Shown one piece after another: positions 32,243 through 41,825 of a stretch of DNA of 64,000 nt. Source of the stretch: Candidatus Latescibacterota bacterium (GTDB taxonomy: Bacteria; Latescibacterota; CBDEFO01); assembly GCA_965237525.1 (NCBI GenBank), contig CBDEFO010000003.1:160001-224000 (forward strand). The letters are read 5' to 3'. The translations under genes were made by a program, and so were the position numbers. Position 1 is the first letter of the stretch, and every line of letters starts with the position of its first letter. A model generated the notes under the pieces. The model worked only from the letters and a program-made list of their open reading frames with translations. It was not told where the DNA came from and searched no databases.

Positions 32243-33544
32243 GGTTATTTATCAAATGAAATCGGTGCACTTCTCTTTCGATCTTTGATTGATCTTGAAT
32301 GATAGGTTTTCGACAATCTTTGGTTTCTGTTCTTTTTCAAAATGGATGTATAATTGTTCTTCTTTTAGGTTCCATTCAGCCAGGACAAAGTAGTTGGTGT
32401 AAGAGGAGGGAAGAGATACTTTCTCATTTAGGACATCGATAAAGGCTTTATCTGTCTGTTCTGTGTCCTGTTTGACTTGTCTGATAAAATAGGTCTTGGG
32501 AATGAAATCTTTCTCGTTTGACTTCTCTTGCTTAGGTGGACGGTAGCCGGTGTATCTCTGTGATGAAAGATTAAACCATTCTAACTTCTGATCAACTTCT
32601 TGTAAGCTTTTGAACTGAATTCTGTTCCAGAACTTCCTTGAAAATACAGAATTGTTGCCTTCTATAGATGCTTGAGAAAAGGGCCTTCTGGGAACGGCAA
32701 ATATCGGAATCACTTGATTTTTCAAGAGAAACTGCATTGCTTTGCTGACATTCCTTTTACCTGAAACACTGCCAATAGTCGCCGAGCAATTGTCCACCTT
32801 AACGAAATCTGGTTTTTCAAACCTGTCAAAGAAAGACTGACACTTCTCGATAAAGTTAGTTGCTGTTTGACCGTCAACCCGCCGAAAATACCTTAACTTA
32901 GGCTCTTTCTTAAAGGAAAATCCAACGAAGTTGACCGGCTCAGTTCTGCCGGTAAGATACTTTTTACCAATAAAGTCTGATTCTAGGACTCTGCCTCCTG
33001 AAAGATAGTAAATGGTATACTCTGGATAACAAAGATAACGAGATGCACCCTTGTTTTTACCTTTCTTCCTTCTCTGGGAAAGTCCTAAATCTGAAAGCAT
33101 TCTGCCGATAGTCGGCAACGACGGAGGAGGGGTGCTAGAATATCGATTCCTCCATTCTTGTTCAATAACAGTGGCTCCTGAATAGAACTGATAAGGATCG
33201 TCCTCTAAGCTATGGTAAATCTCTTTGATTCTCTGTTCGTCAACTTTAGCCAATTTTCGCCTTTTTCCTTTTGGCCAACCCCGATTATCCATGGCAAAAT
33301 CCTGATCCAGAGATTTAGTCCAAGCCGTAACGAAATCATTGGAAACTCTCGCTTGTTTGATAACTTCTCGCTTTGACATTTCTTTCTTAAAATACATCTC
33401 GTTGACTTCTTGTCTTAATACGGCCAATCTCTCTTTGTCCATAGGACTCCGTAGATTAAAGTTAAGACAATCAACTCAACTTAATCTACTAATACTCTAA
33501 ACAAAGATCAAATTAGGTGCACCGATTTCATTTGATATTCAACC
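32243..33544 (-). mobile_element. Atypical insertion sequence (1302 bp) with rve-type DDE transposase
   Basis: 28-bp IR GGTT-nnn-TATCAAATGAAATCGGTGCAC at both ends (inner 21 bp perfect); 6-bp TSD tctacc (32237-32242, 33545-33550). Confidence 0.9.
32252..33442 (-). CDS. Transposase (HTH plus integrase-like DDE core)
   Basis: Putative D (ESDFIG), D (KVDN), E (ASIEGNN); AT-rich; stop codon lies inside the IR. Confidence 0.85.
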   Translation of the reverse strand: MDKERLAVLRQEVNEMYFKKEMSKREVIKQARVSNDFVTAWTKSLDQDFAMDNRGWPKGKRRKLAKVDEQRIKEIYHSLEDDPYQFYSGATVIEQEWRNRYSSTPPPSLPTIGRMLSDLGLSQRRKKGKNKGASRYLCYPEYTIYYLSGGRVLESDFIGKKYLTGRTEPVNFVGFSFKKEPKLRYFRRVDGQTATNFIEKCQSFFDRFEKPDFVKVDNCSATIGSVSGKRNVSKAMQFLLKNQVIPIFAVPRRPFSQASIEGNNSVFSRKFWNRIQFKSLQEVDQKLEWFNLSSQRYTGYRPPKQEKSNEKDFIPKTYFIRQVKQDTEQTDKAFIDVLNEKVSLPSSYTNYFVLAEWNLKEEQLYIHFEKEQKPKIVENLSFKINQRSKEKCTDFI

Positions 33545-33704
33545 TCTACCCTCTAAATATGCTTAAATCAGGCACAGACTCAGGGCCGACCCCACGCAAC
33601 TCTACGTCAAAAAGTGCTTGCTTTAAACCAGCATATCTGTTAGATTTTATCTTTATCTCTTTCTTAGAACAATTCAGAAAAATAGAAAGTGAGGTCAACT
33701 TAAC

Positions 33705-33935
33705 ATGGCAAGGAGATGTGGAATCTGCGGCAAAGGTCCTGTCAGCGGCAATACTGTTGCGCGCAGAGGGTCACCTAAGAGAAAGGGCGGAGCCGGAAGG
33801 AAGATCACCGGCATCACTAAACGCACTTTCAAGCCTAATCTACAGAGAATAAGAGCTGTGGTGGACGGATCGCCGAGAAGGATAAAAGTCTGCACCCGAT
33901 GCATACGCTCCGGCAGAATAACCAAAGCGGCGTAA
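33705..33935 (+). CDS. rpmB: 50S ribosomal protein L28
   Basis: MARRCGICGKGP..GN...TKRTFKPNLQ...VCTRCIRSG. Confidence 0.96.
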   Translation: MARRCGICGKGPVSGNTVARRGSPKRKGGAGRKITGITKRTFKPNLQRIRAVVDGSPRRIKVCTRCIRSGRITKAA

Positions 33936-33937
33936 CA

Positions 33938-34119
33938 CTTTGAATTTCAGCTCGACCGGCGCAAGTCCCTGAAGACAGATGTGAGCAGCAGTCCGTCCTC
34001 TTTCCTGTCCTTTGTCTGCAGGCAACGATAAAGCACAAATCGATTCCCTCGAAATCCAGCCACTCATCTTTCTACTGAACTCAAAACAAGGGCGGTATCA
34101 TTTTGATTTCATCTGGATG
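33938..34119 (-). ncRNA. Candidate structured small RNA between convergent rpmB and mqnD
   Basis: Nested stems tttgagttcag/ctgaaattcaaa, tggctgg/ccggtcg, cctgcagaca/tgtcttcagg; upstream TTGACT-17-TATTTT at 34126-34154. Confidence 0.3.
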
Positions 34120-34172
34120 ATAGAGAAAATAGGGAAAAGAAACTCAAAAGTCAAGTAAGGAAAAAAGTTGTT

Positions 34173-35006
34173 TTAGTCGGCAAACTCCACCTGAATCTGC
34201 TTGGGGACCACCTCCTCCTCAAAGCCCCGTCCGAGGAGCGTCTCTATAGCCCTTTTGCCTCTCTGTCCGCAGTCGAGTGTGTAATCGTTGACGTACATCC
34301 CGATGAACGTATCGGCCAAGTTCTCATCCATACCCCTTGCCCAGTTTAAAGCGTAAGACAGGGCCTCCTTTCGATGATCCAGCGAATATTGTATGCTTGC
34401 AAGCACTATCCGCCCGATAAGTTTCATCTTCTCCTCGCCCAAATCCTTCCTCACCACATTTCCCCCTAAGGGCAGTGGAAGTCCCGTCTCTTGATGCCAC
34501 CACTCTCCTAAATCTATAATCTTGTGGAGTCCCATCTTTTTGTACGTCAACTGGCCTTCGTGTATGATAAGACCCGCATCTGCCTTCCCATCTGCTACTC
34601 TTTCTAATATCTGATCGAACGGAACTACGATATATTCAAATTCTTTGATAACGAGCTTCAAGGTCAAGAAAGCCGTAGTCATAGTCCCCGGTATCGCTAT
34701 CTTCTTTGCCACAATCTCATCTGCAGTAGTAAAGTCCGAAGAAACCAGTAGTGGACCGTAGCGGTCCCCCATGCTCGCCCCAGAGGTCAAGAGAGAATAG
34801 TTATCCGAGACGTAGGCGTAAGCGTGGATTGAGATAGCCGTCACTTCCAACTCACCTCTGAGAGCCCTTCGATTCAAGGACTCTATGTCCTCCACCACGT
34901 GTTCAAACTCAAGTCCACAGGTGTCTATCTTCCCTTCAGCCAGACCGTAGAACATAAACGCATCGTCCGAATCGGGGCTGTGTCCGAGTCTTATGGCATC
35001 TTTCAT
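34173..35006 (-). CDS. mqnD: 1,4-dihydroxy-6-naphthoate synthase
   Basis: HSPDSDDAFMF, GLIIHEGQLTY, DLGEWW...LPLPLG, MYVN. Confidence 0.92.
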   Translation of the reverse strand: MKDAIRLGHSPDSDDAFMFYGLAEGKIDTCGLEFEHVVEDIESLNRRALRGELEVTAISIHAYAYVSDNYSLLTSGASMGDRYGPLLVSSDFTTADEIVAKKIAIPGTMTTAFLTLKLVIKEFEYIVVPFDQILERVADGKADAGLIIHEGQLTYKKMGLHKIIDLGEWWHQETGLPLPLGGNVVRKDLGEEKMKLIGRIVLASIQYSLDHRKEALSYALNWARGMDENLADTFIGMYVNDYTLDCGQRGKRAIETLLGRGFEEEVVPKQIQVEFAD

Positions 35007-35009
35007 CTA

Positions 35010-35627
35010 CTATTCTCCCGAACTTTTCGAACCTTGCCACTCAGGGTAGAGTTTATGCTCTATTCCCAGGAGACTCAGCACGCGTCCTGCGATGAAATCT
35101 CCGAGGTCGTCGAAGGTTCTGGGCTTTTGATAGAACGCCGGCATCGCAGGCACCACCCTTGCACCGGCTTCAGCTACAGATACCATATTGCGGAGTTGTA
35201 TCAGGTTCATCGGCGTCTCCCGTGGGACGATGATCAAGGGCTTGCCCTCCTTGAGCGTCACATCCGCAGCCCTTTCAAGCAGTGTGCTTGAAGACCCACA
35301 AGCTATTGCAGATAGCGTCTTTGCAGAGCAGGGAACCACAACCATGCCGTCCGTCTTGACAGAGCCGCTTGCCAGAGTCGCCGAGAGGTCGTTTATGTTG
35401 TGCTCCGTTAGGATGCCGTTTGTGACTTCGTTCCCGTACAAGCGTATCAGAAAATCGCTGAACTTCTCCTTGGACGGCTCAAAATCGGTCTCGTCCTGGA
35501 GCAGAAAACGTCCGTACTTGGATATAACAAGTCCCACCCGGTGACCCCCCACAAGGAGGGATCTTAGAAGCCTCAACGCGTAGACTGCCCCGCTGGCTCC
35601 TGTTATAGCCACAACAATATGTTTCAT
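35010..35627 (-). CDS. ubiX: Flavin prenyltransferase
   Basis: ITGASG, ASGS, PCS, RAADVTLKE, PRETP, PAFY. Confidence 0.95.
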   Translation of the reverse strand: MKHIVVAITGASGAVYALRLLRSLLVGGHRVGLVISKYGRFLLQDETDFEPSKEKFSDFLIRLYGNEVTNGILTEHNINDLSATLASGSVKTDGMVVVPCSAKTLSAIACGSSSTLLERAADVTLKEGKPLIIVPRETPMNLIQLRNMVSVAEAGARVVPAMPAFYQKPRTFDDLGDFIAGRVLSLLGIEHKLYPEWQGSKSSGE

Positions 35628-35630
35628 TCT

Positions 35631-36509
35631 TTACTCGATAAAGATAGGCTGAGTCCACGCCATCGCTCCGCCGGAGCCGTAGCATTCAGCCCTGACATAG
35701 ACCACCTCGTCTGACTCTATATTTTTAAACTCAGAGATCGAAAACGAAGCCTGAGGAGCATCTACGGTGGAGCGAATCCAACGGTGTCTTGTTATAAAGC
35801 ATATCCTCTGGCAGTTCGCCGTAGAGACAAAGATCGTATCTCCATCCACCCTAAAATCCCTAATCTCCACACCTGTGGATGAATAGAATGAACCACTCCT
35901 TATCGCCTCCAATATGCCTTCCAGGCTATTATCGTTCGTCTTGACTACAATCCACGCCTTCTCCACGTCATCGGGCTTGTGTGAATCGTCATTGGCGAAT
36001 CCCCATACCCTCCTTCCGTGCGATAACAACATATCCCATTTGTCTATCGCAAGGGAAGCCCCGCGTTCGCGCTCGATCACTCCGTTGTAGATCTCTATCC
36101 CGACATAGCCCTCTAACGCCTCCATCAACTCCTGCGGGAAATGATTGAAATCTTCCAGCCAATTCGGGTGATTCAGGATAGCCATCGCCCCCTGAGCGTT
36201 TATTTTTTCGATCACAGGCTGCCTGTCGGAATCGGGCTCAATCCTCTCTTTCGTCCCCACATGAAGGATGTGAGGACCGTTTGCAGTGACTTCCACACCC
36301 GGAATTAGCGTCATCTTCGTAGAACTTTGATAATCCTCAGGCTTTACAAATCTATCGTGATCGGAAATAGACAAAAAATCGTATCCCCTCGAATCATAAT
36401 CGGCGATGACCTCCTCAGGAGGACAACTTCCGTCGCTCAGCGTTGTATGCGTATGAAGATTTCCCTTAAACCAACGCCCACCTTCGATGTAAGAACTGAC
36501 AAGTTTCAT
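35631..36509 (-). CDS. PHP-domain metallohydrolase (CehA/McbA-like)
   Basis: KGNLHTHT.LSDG, SDH, GVE, NHP, DDSH; start set to ATG 36509. Confidence 0.85.
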   Translation of the reverse strand: MKLVSSYIEGGRWFKGNLHTHTTLSDGSCPPEEVIADYDSRGYDFLSISDHDRFVKPEDYQSSTKMTLIPGVEVTANGPHILHVGTKERIEPDSDRQPVIEKINAQGAMAILNHPNWLEDFNHFPQELMEALEGYVGIEIYNGVIERERGASLAIDKWDMLLSHGRRVWGFANDDSHKPDDVEKAWIVVKTNDNSLEGILEAIRSGSFYSSTGVEIRDFRVDGDTIFVSTANCQRICFITRHRWIRSTVDAPQASFSISEFKNIESDEVVYVRAECYGSGGAMAWTQPIFIE

Positions 36510-36693
36510 CTTAATACCCTTTACCTGTGATTCAGGTTTGTACGAATGCTTGGATGGACTCGTATCGAGGAGGATACTTGGCTTTACTGGTAGCAAATAA
36601 TATATTATCTGTCGTGTCCAATTTCCTTCTACTTGCATGGAAACTTGGCTTATTTCTTTTAGTAACTGCTTTTCCCACGTCGATGATTTGTCT

Positions 36694-37422
36694 TTACTTC
36701 TGGGAAAAGTGACGTTCCCATGTGGGATTGAGCGTCATTTCATGCCCAGAATAGATGTTATAGTTCAACTTTACTAAATCCCTACATTCGAGCCTCGCAT
36801 CAGACACAGCTCGACTAGCCCCAATTTTGGAGAACCCATAGTTTTCCCTAAGGTGTACTTTGATTGCAGATTCCTTGACGGTAGAGCCGCCCAAGTCCCG
36901 AAGAGCAGCTATAACTTTACACGAATTTGGAGAAAGCTTTTCCCATTTGGACAAAAAGAGATCGTCATCAGCAAAGGAAGGCTCAGATACAGTTTTTCCC
37001 GTTTGTCCATTCAGTTTTCCTAACTTTTGCAAGATCATTGTGCCGAGTTGTTCAGGGGTCTTTTCTGATAAGTCCACATATCCCATGGTTGGTCGTATTC
37101 CCGGGATTTCAGTGTCATCAAATTGTGCAGGAAGTATATATTCAATTTTTTCTATTATTGCCTTTGCCAATGCACTTTGCCTTTCATAAATAGGCCATGC
37201 TTTATTAGCATAATGCTTTGATATGAACATTACACAATATCGAGCACCTCCTCTATAAATTTTATCAAAATATTCTGATAAGTCTGTACCCCACAAGACT
37301 ACTTCTTGGTGCTTGTCATAGAAAACTTCGACATTATTATCCGTCAGATACTGTGCTACCCCTTCTACGTACTCCCGATCTTCACCTGCAAATGACAAGA
37401 CTATTTCGTAGGCTTTTTCCAT
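36694..37422 (-). CDS. TIR-domain protein with possible C-terminal winged helix
   Basis: YEIVLSFAGEDR..V...VFYD...FISKHYANKAWPIYE (catalytic Glu position); AT-rich relative to neighbours. Confidence 0.88.
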   Translation of the reverse strand: MEKAYEIVLSFAGEDREYVEGVAQYLTDNNVEVFYDKHQEVVLWGTDLSEYFDKIYRGGARYCVMFISKHYANKAWPIYERQSALAKAIIEKIEYILPAQFDDTEIPGIRPTMGYVDLSEKTPEQLGTMILQKLGKLNGQTGKTVSEPSFADDDLFLSKWEKLSPNSCKVIAALRDLGGSTVKESAIKVHLRENYGFSKIGASRAVSDARLECRDLVKLNYNIYSGHEMTLNPTWERHFSQK

Positions 37423-37431
37423 TGTCTTTAG

Positions 37432-38328
37432 CTAACCATTGAGCAGAGAAGGAATTTTGCTGTTGCACAAGACATCCCCCAAAGTAAATGCGAAATAGAG
37501 GATGCTGATAACTCCGTTCATATTGAAAAAGGCCACACTTACCTTGGAAAGATCATCTGACTTTACAAGGCTATGTTCGTAGATCAGGACTGCCCCGACG
37601 ATTATCACCCCTGCAATATAGATACTGTTCAGCCCTAACAGAGGCTTGATAGATAAAAGCAATAACAGCGAGATTATATGAAATATCCTCGCTGTTATTA
37701 GTGCCCATCTGATTCCGAATCTCTGAGGGATGGAGCAGAGCTTATTGGAAGTGTCAAACTCGTAGTCCTGACAGGCGTATATAACGTCGAAGCCCGAAAC
37801 CCACATCAGAACCGCGAGACCCAATATAAGCGGCGCGGCGTCCAGAGTGCCCGTCACAGCTATCCAAGCTCCTATGGGGGCAAGGCTCAACGATAAGCCC
37901 AAAAAAAGGTGAGTCACCCAGGTGTACCTCTTCGTATAAGAGTAAAGAAAGACAATCGCCAGAGCCAGGGGCGACAGATAGAAACACAACCGGTTCAGGT
38001 TATATGCCGAAAATACCAACACCAGTGACGAAATGGAGACAAATATCACCACAGAGGGAGGCGACAGGAGTCCTTGCGGCAGTTCCCGATTGCGAGTTCT
38101 GGGATTTACTTCATCTATCCTTCTGTCCACCAGACGGTTGAATCCCATCGCCGCGCTCCTCGCTCCCACCATAGCTAAAACTATCCAGAACACCTGCTGT
38201 GAACTTATTCCCACTTTTGCCGCCGCCAAAACTGCCCCAGATAAGGCAAAAGGGAGCGCAAAGACGCTGTGGGAGAACTTGATCATCCTCCCGTAGGTGA
38301 CTATAGTATTCGTCAACCCGTTCATCAC
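37432..38328 (-). CDS. ubiA: UbiA-family prenyltransferase (MqnP-like)
   Basis: IKFSHSVFALPF, NRLVDRRID..NPRT..RELP, YSYTKR, FDVIYACQD. Confidence 0.9.
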   Translation of the reverse strand: MMNGLTNTIVTYGRMIKFSHSVFALPFALSGAVLAAAKVGISSQQVFWIVLAMVGARSAAMGFNRLVDRRIDEVNPRTRNRELPQGLLSPPSVVIFVSISSLVLVFSAYNLNRLCFYLSPLALAIVFLYSYTKRYTWVTHLFLGLSLSLAPIGAWIAVTGTLDAAPLILGLAVLMWVSGFDVIYACQDYEFDTSNKLCSIPQRFGIRWALITARIFHIISLLLLLSIKPLLGLNSIYIAGVIIVGAVLIYEHSLVKSDDLSKVSVAFFNMNGVISILYFAFTLGDVLCNSKIPSLLNG

Positions 38329-38460
38329 TTTTATAACCGATCTGCCGAAGTTCCAAGCACACTTACCAGTAAGCCTGTTGGATTATCGTCCAGAGGCATC
38401 CCTCAACGCAGGCCAATCCTGCATTCTCCTGAGGGAAGCAGGGCCTATGGTCCATGATTC

Positions 38461-39681
38461 TCAGGACCATAGAGGTTCGATCATCTTCTGTTCAACCGAT
38501 TCGACTAAATATTCGTAAGGATCTTTCACTGTTCTACCGTCTAAACCTATGGCAATCATACTCGCTGCTTTGCCCTTCCGTATGCTCCCCATATTCTTAT
38601 CCAGCCCCAAAGCCGCAGCTCCGTTCAACGTTGCCATCTCCACAATCCTTTGGGGCACTACGTCCGGATACAATTCATGCATAGCCTTCATCTCGTTGAA
38701 CAGATTCAGGTCTTCCACGCTGGCAAGGCTGTCCGTCCCTATACAGACGTTTATATTAGCATCCCAAAACCGACCGAGGGGGGCCACGCCGACCCTCAAG
38801 TTCCTGTTGCTGCGGGGACACAGACACACGCTTACTTTTCTTTTCTTTAATATCTGGATATCCTCATCTGTAGGATACACAACGTGCACAGCCAGCGTCT
38901 GAAAGTCCCAGAAATTCAGCTTATCCAAATATTGCACAGGTGTGGTTCCGGGGATCTCCCATTCACTGTTCCATGCGCCTGCGAACTGCAGGAGTCTCTT
39001 GAATCTGCCCTGCCCCGTATCTATAAAAAGAATCTCCTCCTCTGACTCGCAAAGGTGAACAGTCCTGATCTGATCACGCTCCCTTATTTGTCTGAAAAGC
39101 TGAGGTGAGACAGAGTAGGGAGCATGTGGACTCAGAGCATATTTTAAGCGTTTGCTTTCGGGAAAGTCGCTAAGAAGCTTCGTGCCCTTTTGAAAAACCT
39201 CATACGCCTTATCTTCAGCAAATCCGATCAATTCGTGAAAAATTACGCCTGTAAGCCGGCTTTTGTATATCAAAGGGACAGAAGACCCCGTATTAGTCAC
39301 GTCACCAATAGCCACAGTCCCCGTAGAGATCACTTCGGAAATAGCCTGCTCTATGGCCTCTTCATCCTTTTCCGGGCTGCGCCTCCACCTTTTTAGTACG
39401 AGCTTCTTAATCCAATCGACGAAATCCCCTTCGTTTCTTATCTCTCCTTTTAGAGAAGATAGCTCTAAATGCGTATGGGCGTTGACAAGACCCGGAAGGA
39501 TAATCGAATCATCAAAGTCAGAAATTTCTCCGCTGTATGTCCCCAGTATATCCCGTCTCTTTCCAAAATCCAGGATAGTCGAATCGCGAATAACTACGGC
39601 TCCGTCCTCTATCGGCGGAGTCGCGACGGGCAGCACCCACTTGGCGGTGTAAATCTGTTCGATCTGTTCCGAGATCTCTAT
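38461..39681 (-). CDS. Amidohydrolase, probable aminodeoxyfutalosine deaminase
   Basis: PGLVNAHTHLE, SPHAPYS, HLCES, GTDS; inside the mqn cluster; start proposed at ATA 39681 (track start 39636). Confidence 0.8.
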   Translation of the reverse strand: MEISEQIEQIYTAKWVLPVATPPIEDGAVVIRDSTILDFGKRRDILGTYSGEISDFDDSIILPGLVNAHTHLELSSLKGEIRNEGDFVDWIKKLVLKRWRRSPEKDEEAIEQAISEVISTGTVAIGDVTNTGSSVPLIYKSRLTGVIFHELIGFAEDKAYEVFQKGTKLLSDFPESKRLKYALSPHAPYSVSPQLFRQIRERDQIRTVHLCESEEEILFIDTGQGRFKRLLQFAGAWNSEWEIPGTTPVQYLDKLNFWDFQTLAVHVVYPTDEDIQILKKRKVSVCLCPRSNRNLRVGVAPLGRFWDANINVCIGTDSLASVEDLNLFNEMKAMHELYPDVVPQRIVEMATLNGAAALGLDKNMGSIRKGKAASMIAIGLDGRTVKDPYEYLVESVEQKMIEPLWS

Positions 39682-39689
39682 GGAACTCC

Positions 39690-40502
39690 TTAGCTGTTGT
39701 AAAACCTGATTTCGGGCATCCGTTCCCCGGTTAAATCGGGGATTAATCCCAGACGGGTACTATACCTAAAAAACTCTCTAAGTCCCTCAACCTCTCTGTC
39801 ACCGAGGATGTAATTTATCTTATTTTTTAGATAATCCTTGTAAACCTCCGATGATCCGGAATGATGCTGGGCGTATTCGGAGGATATTTCGTCTATATGA
39901 CCAGTTCCGACTTCTGCAGCCTGAATCAACGTTTGAACATCCTCTTTAGGCAGAGCGTCCCTGCGTCCCGACCAGAAGGCGTAGACAAAGGGGAGTCCCG
40001 TAAGCTCCGTCCACTCCTTTCCCATATCGAGTCTTGGGATCTCAGTCAGACTGTCCAGCACACTGTCTCCAATCATCAATGCTGCATCGGCTTTCTGGAG
40101 CATCGAATCCAGGTCAGGACGGCATCGTATAAAATGAGGCTCTATCCCGTATTTTTCCTTTAAAACGATCTTTGTCAACGCTTCAGACGATCTGGAATTT
40201 CTGTCAACCGCCACAGTTTTGATCTTGCCAATCTGTTCAATCTGTGGGGCAAAAACCCCCACGCTCCCTACAGGACCATACGAAGATATGCATATTTGGG
40301 GGACTATATGATAAGGGTCGGGACTCCTGGCGTACTCAATAGAAGGTATCAGGCCCACTTCGGTCTCGCCGCGCGCAAGTTTATCCGAACAGGCGGATGG
40401 AACGTCGTAGATAATTTGGAAGTCGTGACTGATCAGGCATCTTTCTAAAGCGTATAAAAGCGGCTTGGAATTTAGAAAACTTACAGCGCCTAAGACTGGC
40501 AT
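39690..40502 (-). CDS. mqnA: Chorismate dehydratase
   Basis: VSFLNSKPL, SRSS, IGD, DMGKEWTELTGLPFVYAFW. Confidence 0.9.
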   Translation of the reverse strand: MPVLGAVSFLNSKPLLYALERCLISHDFQIIYDVPSACSDKLARGETEVGLIPSIEYARSPDPYHIVPQICISSYGPVGSVGVFAPQIEQIGKIKTVAVDRNSRSSEALTKIVLKEKYGIEPHFIRCRPDLDSMLQKADAALMIGDSVLDSLTEIPRLDMGKEWTELTGLPFVYAFWSGRRDALPKEDVQTLIQAAEVGTGHIDEISSEYAQHHSGSSEVYKDYLKNKINYILGDREVEGLREFFRYSTRLGLIPDLTGERMPEIRFYNS

Positions 40503-41608
40503 CGCTCCTCGGAAGAATCTAATATCTGATATTTCGTATTCCTGCGGCGCGGCTCGTATCCCGCATCAGTTATAAGATGATGTATCTTCTCAATCGACAT
40601 TTGGAATCTGGTTCCTGCCGCACTCACCACGTTCTCCTCCATCATTGTGCTGCCGAAGTCGTTGACCCCGTACTTAAGCCCGATCTGAGCTATCTTCTCC
40701 CCTTGAGTTACCCACGACGCCTGAAAGTTGTCTATATTATCCAGCATAAGGCGTGCGATAGCTATGGTCCTCAGATAATCGTAGCCGGTGGCCTTCTTTC
40801 CGTTCCAGCCGCCGCTCCGGGCAAGCTCGGTTTCGTCCGGCTGAAAGCTCCACGCTATAAACGCCGTGAAACCTCCTGCTTCGTCCTGAAGCTCCCTTAT
40901 CCTCAGAAGGTGCTCCACGCGCTGTTCGTCGGTCTCCACCGACCCGTACATCATCGTCGCAGTCGTCCTTATACCTAAATTGTGCGCCGTTTGATGCACC
41001 TCCAGCCACTGTTGGGTCGTATCCTTCCTGAAGGCTATCTGATCCCGAACATCGTCGGATAAAATCTCCGCCCCCGCTCCGGGGATAGAATCCAGGCCTG
41101 CGTCCCTTAGCCTCTCTATCGTCTCTTTTATAGATAGGCGCGAGATATGGGCTATATATATAATCTCCGTGGCTGAAAGAGAATGTATATGCACGGGGAA
41201 GCGCTCTTTGATGGAGCTTAGCAGATCCTCATAGTAATCTATCCTCAACTTGGGGTTGAGTCCGCCCTGCATCAGGATTTCACATGAGTAGGGCTCGGCC
41301 CCCCCTACATCTACCAACTCCTGGATCTTGTCGAATATCTGTTCCTTTGAGAGCAGATATCCCTCATCAGATCCGGGGGGGCGGTAGAAGGCGCAGAAAG
41401 AACATCTCACCCAGCAAACATTCGTATAGTTGATGTTCCGACCAATATTAAAGGTCACCATCTTTTCGGGGTGCTTCTTGAGCCTCACATAATCGGCCAA
41501 CATTCCCAACTCCGGGAGGTTGTGATGCTTAAACAACCTGATGCCGTCTTTAAATTCCAATCTCTCTTGGGAGAAGACCTTTTCTGTTATATCTGAAATG
41601 TCTTTCAT
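40490..41608 (-). CDS. mqnC: Cyclic dehypoxanthinyl futalosine synthase (radical SAM)
   Basis: RNINYTNVCWVRCSFCAF, QASWVTQG, DFGSTMMEENVV. Confidence 0.92.
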   Translation of the reverse strand: MKDISDITEKVFSQERLEFKDGIRLFKHHNLPELGMLADYVRLKKHPEKMVTFNIGRNINYTNVCWVRCSFCAFYRPPGSDEGYLLSKEQIFDKIQELVDVGGAEPYSCEILMQGGLNPKLRIDYYEDLLSSIKERFPVHIHSLSATEIIYIAHISRLSIKETIERLRDAGLDSIPGAGAEILSDDVRDQIAFRKDTTQQWLEVHQTAHNLGIRTTATMMYGSVETDEQRVEHLLRIRELQDEAGGFTAFIAWSFQPDETELARSGGWNGKKATGYDYLRTIAIARLMLDNIDNFQASWVTQGEKIAQIGLKYGVNDFGSTMMEENVVSAAGTRFQMSIEKIHHLITDAGYEPRRRNTKYQILDSSEERCQS

Positions 41609-41647
41609 AAGCTTTTCGCCTTATAGAGTAAACAGAGAATAGGGAAT

Positions 41648-41825
41648 GAGATTGCTTAGCTGACCCTTCGCTTCGCTCTGGGCTTCGGCTCGCAATGACG
41701 CCGTTTAGCTGGTTCATTGCGATGGGGACAAATACCCCGAAGAAATCCCCCATTGAAGCGTCAATAGATTCAATTGGGGGTCGGGGACAAGGGAGGGGAA
41801 GCAGTGCCCTGTCTACTGTCTACTG
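41648..41825. repeat. Composite of CGTC-type REP, palindrome B and family A overlapping the mqnE 3' end
   Basis: gagattgctt...ctcgcaatgacg; accccga...tagattcaattgggggtcgggg; aagggagggg...gccctgtctactgtctac. Confidence 0.8.
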
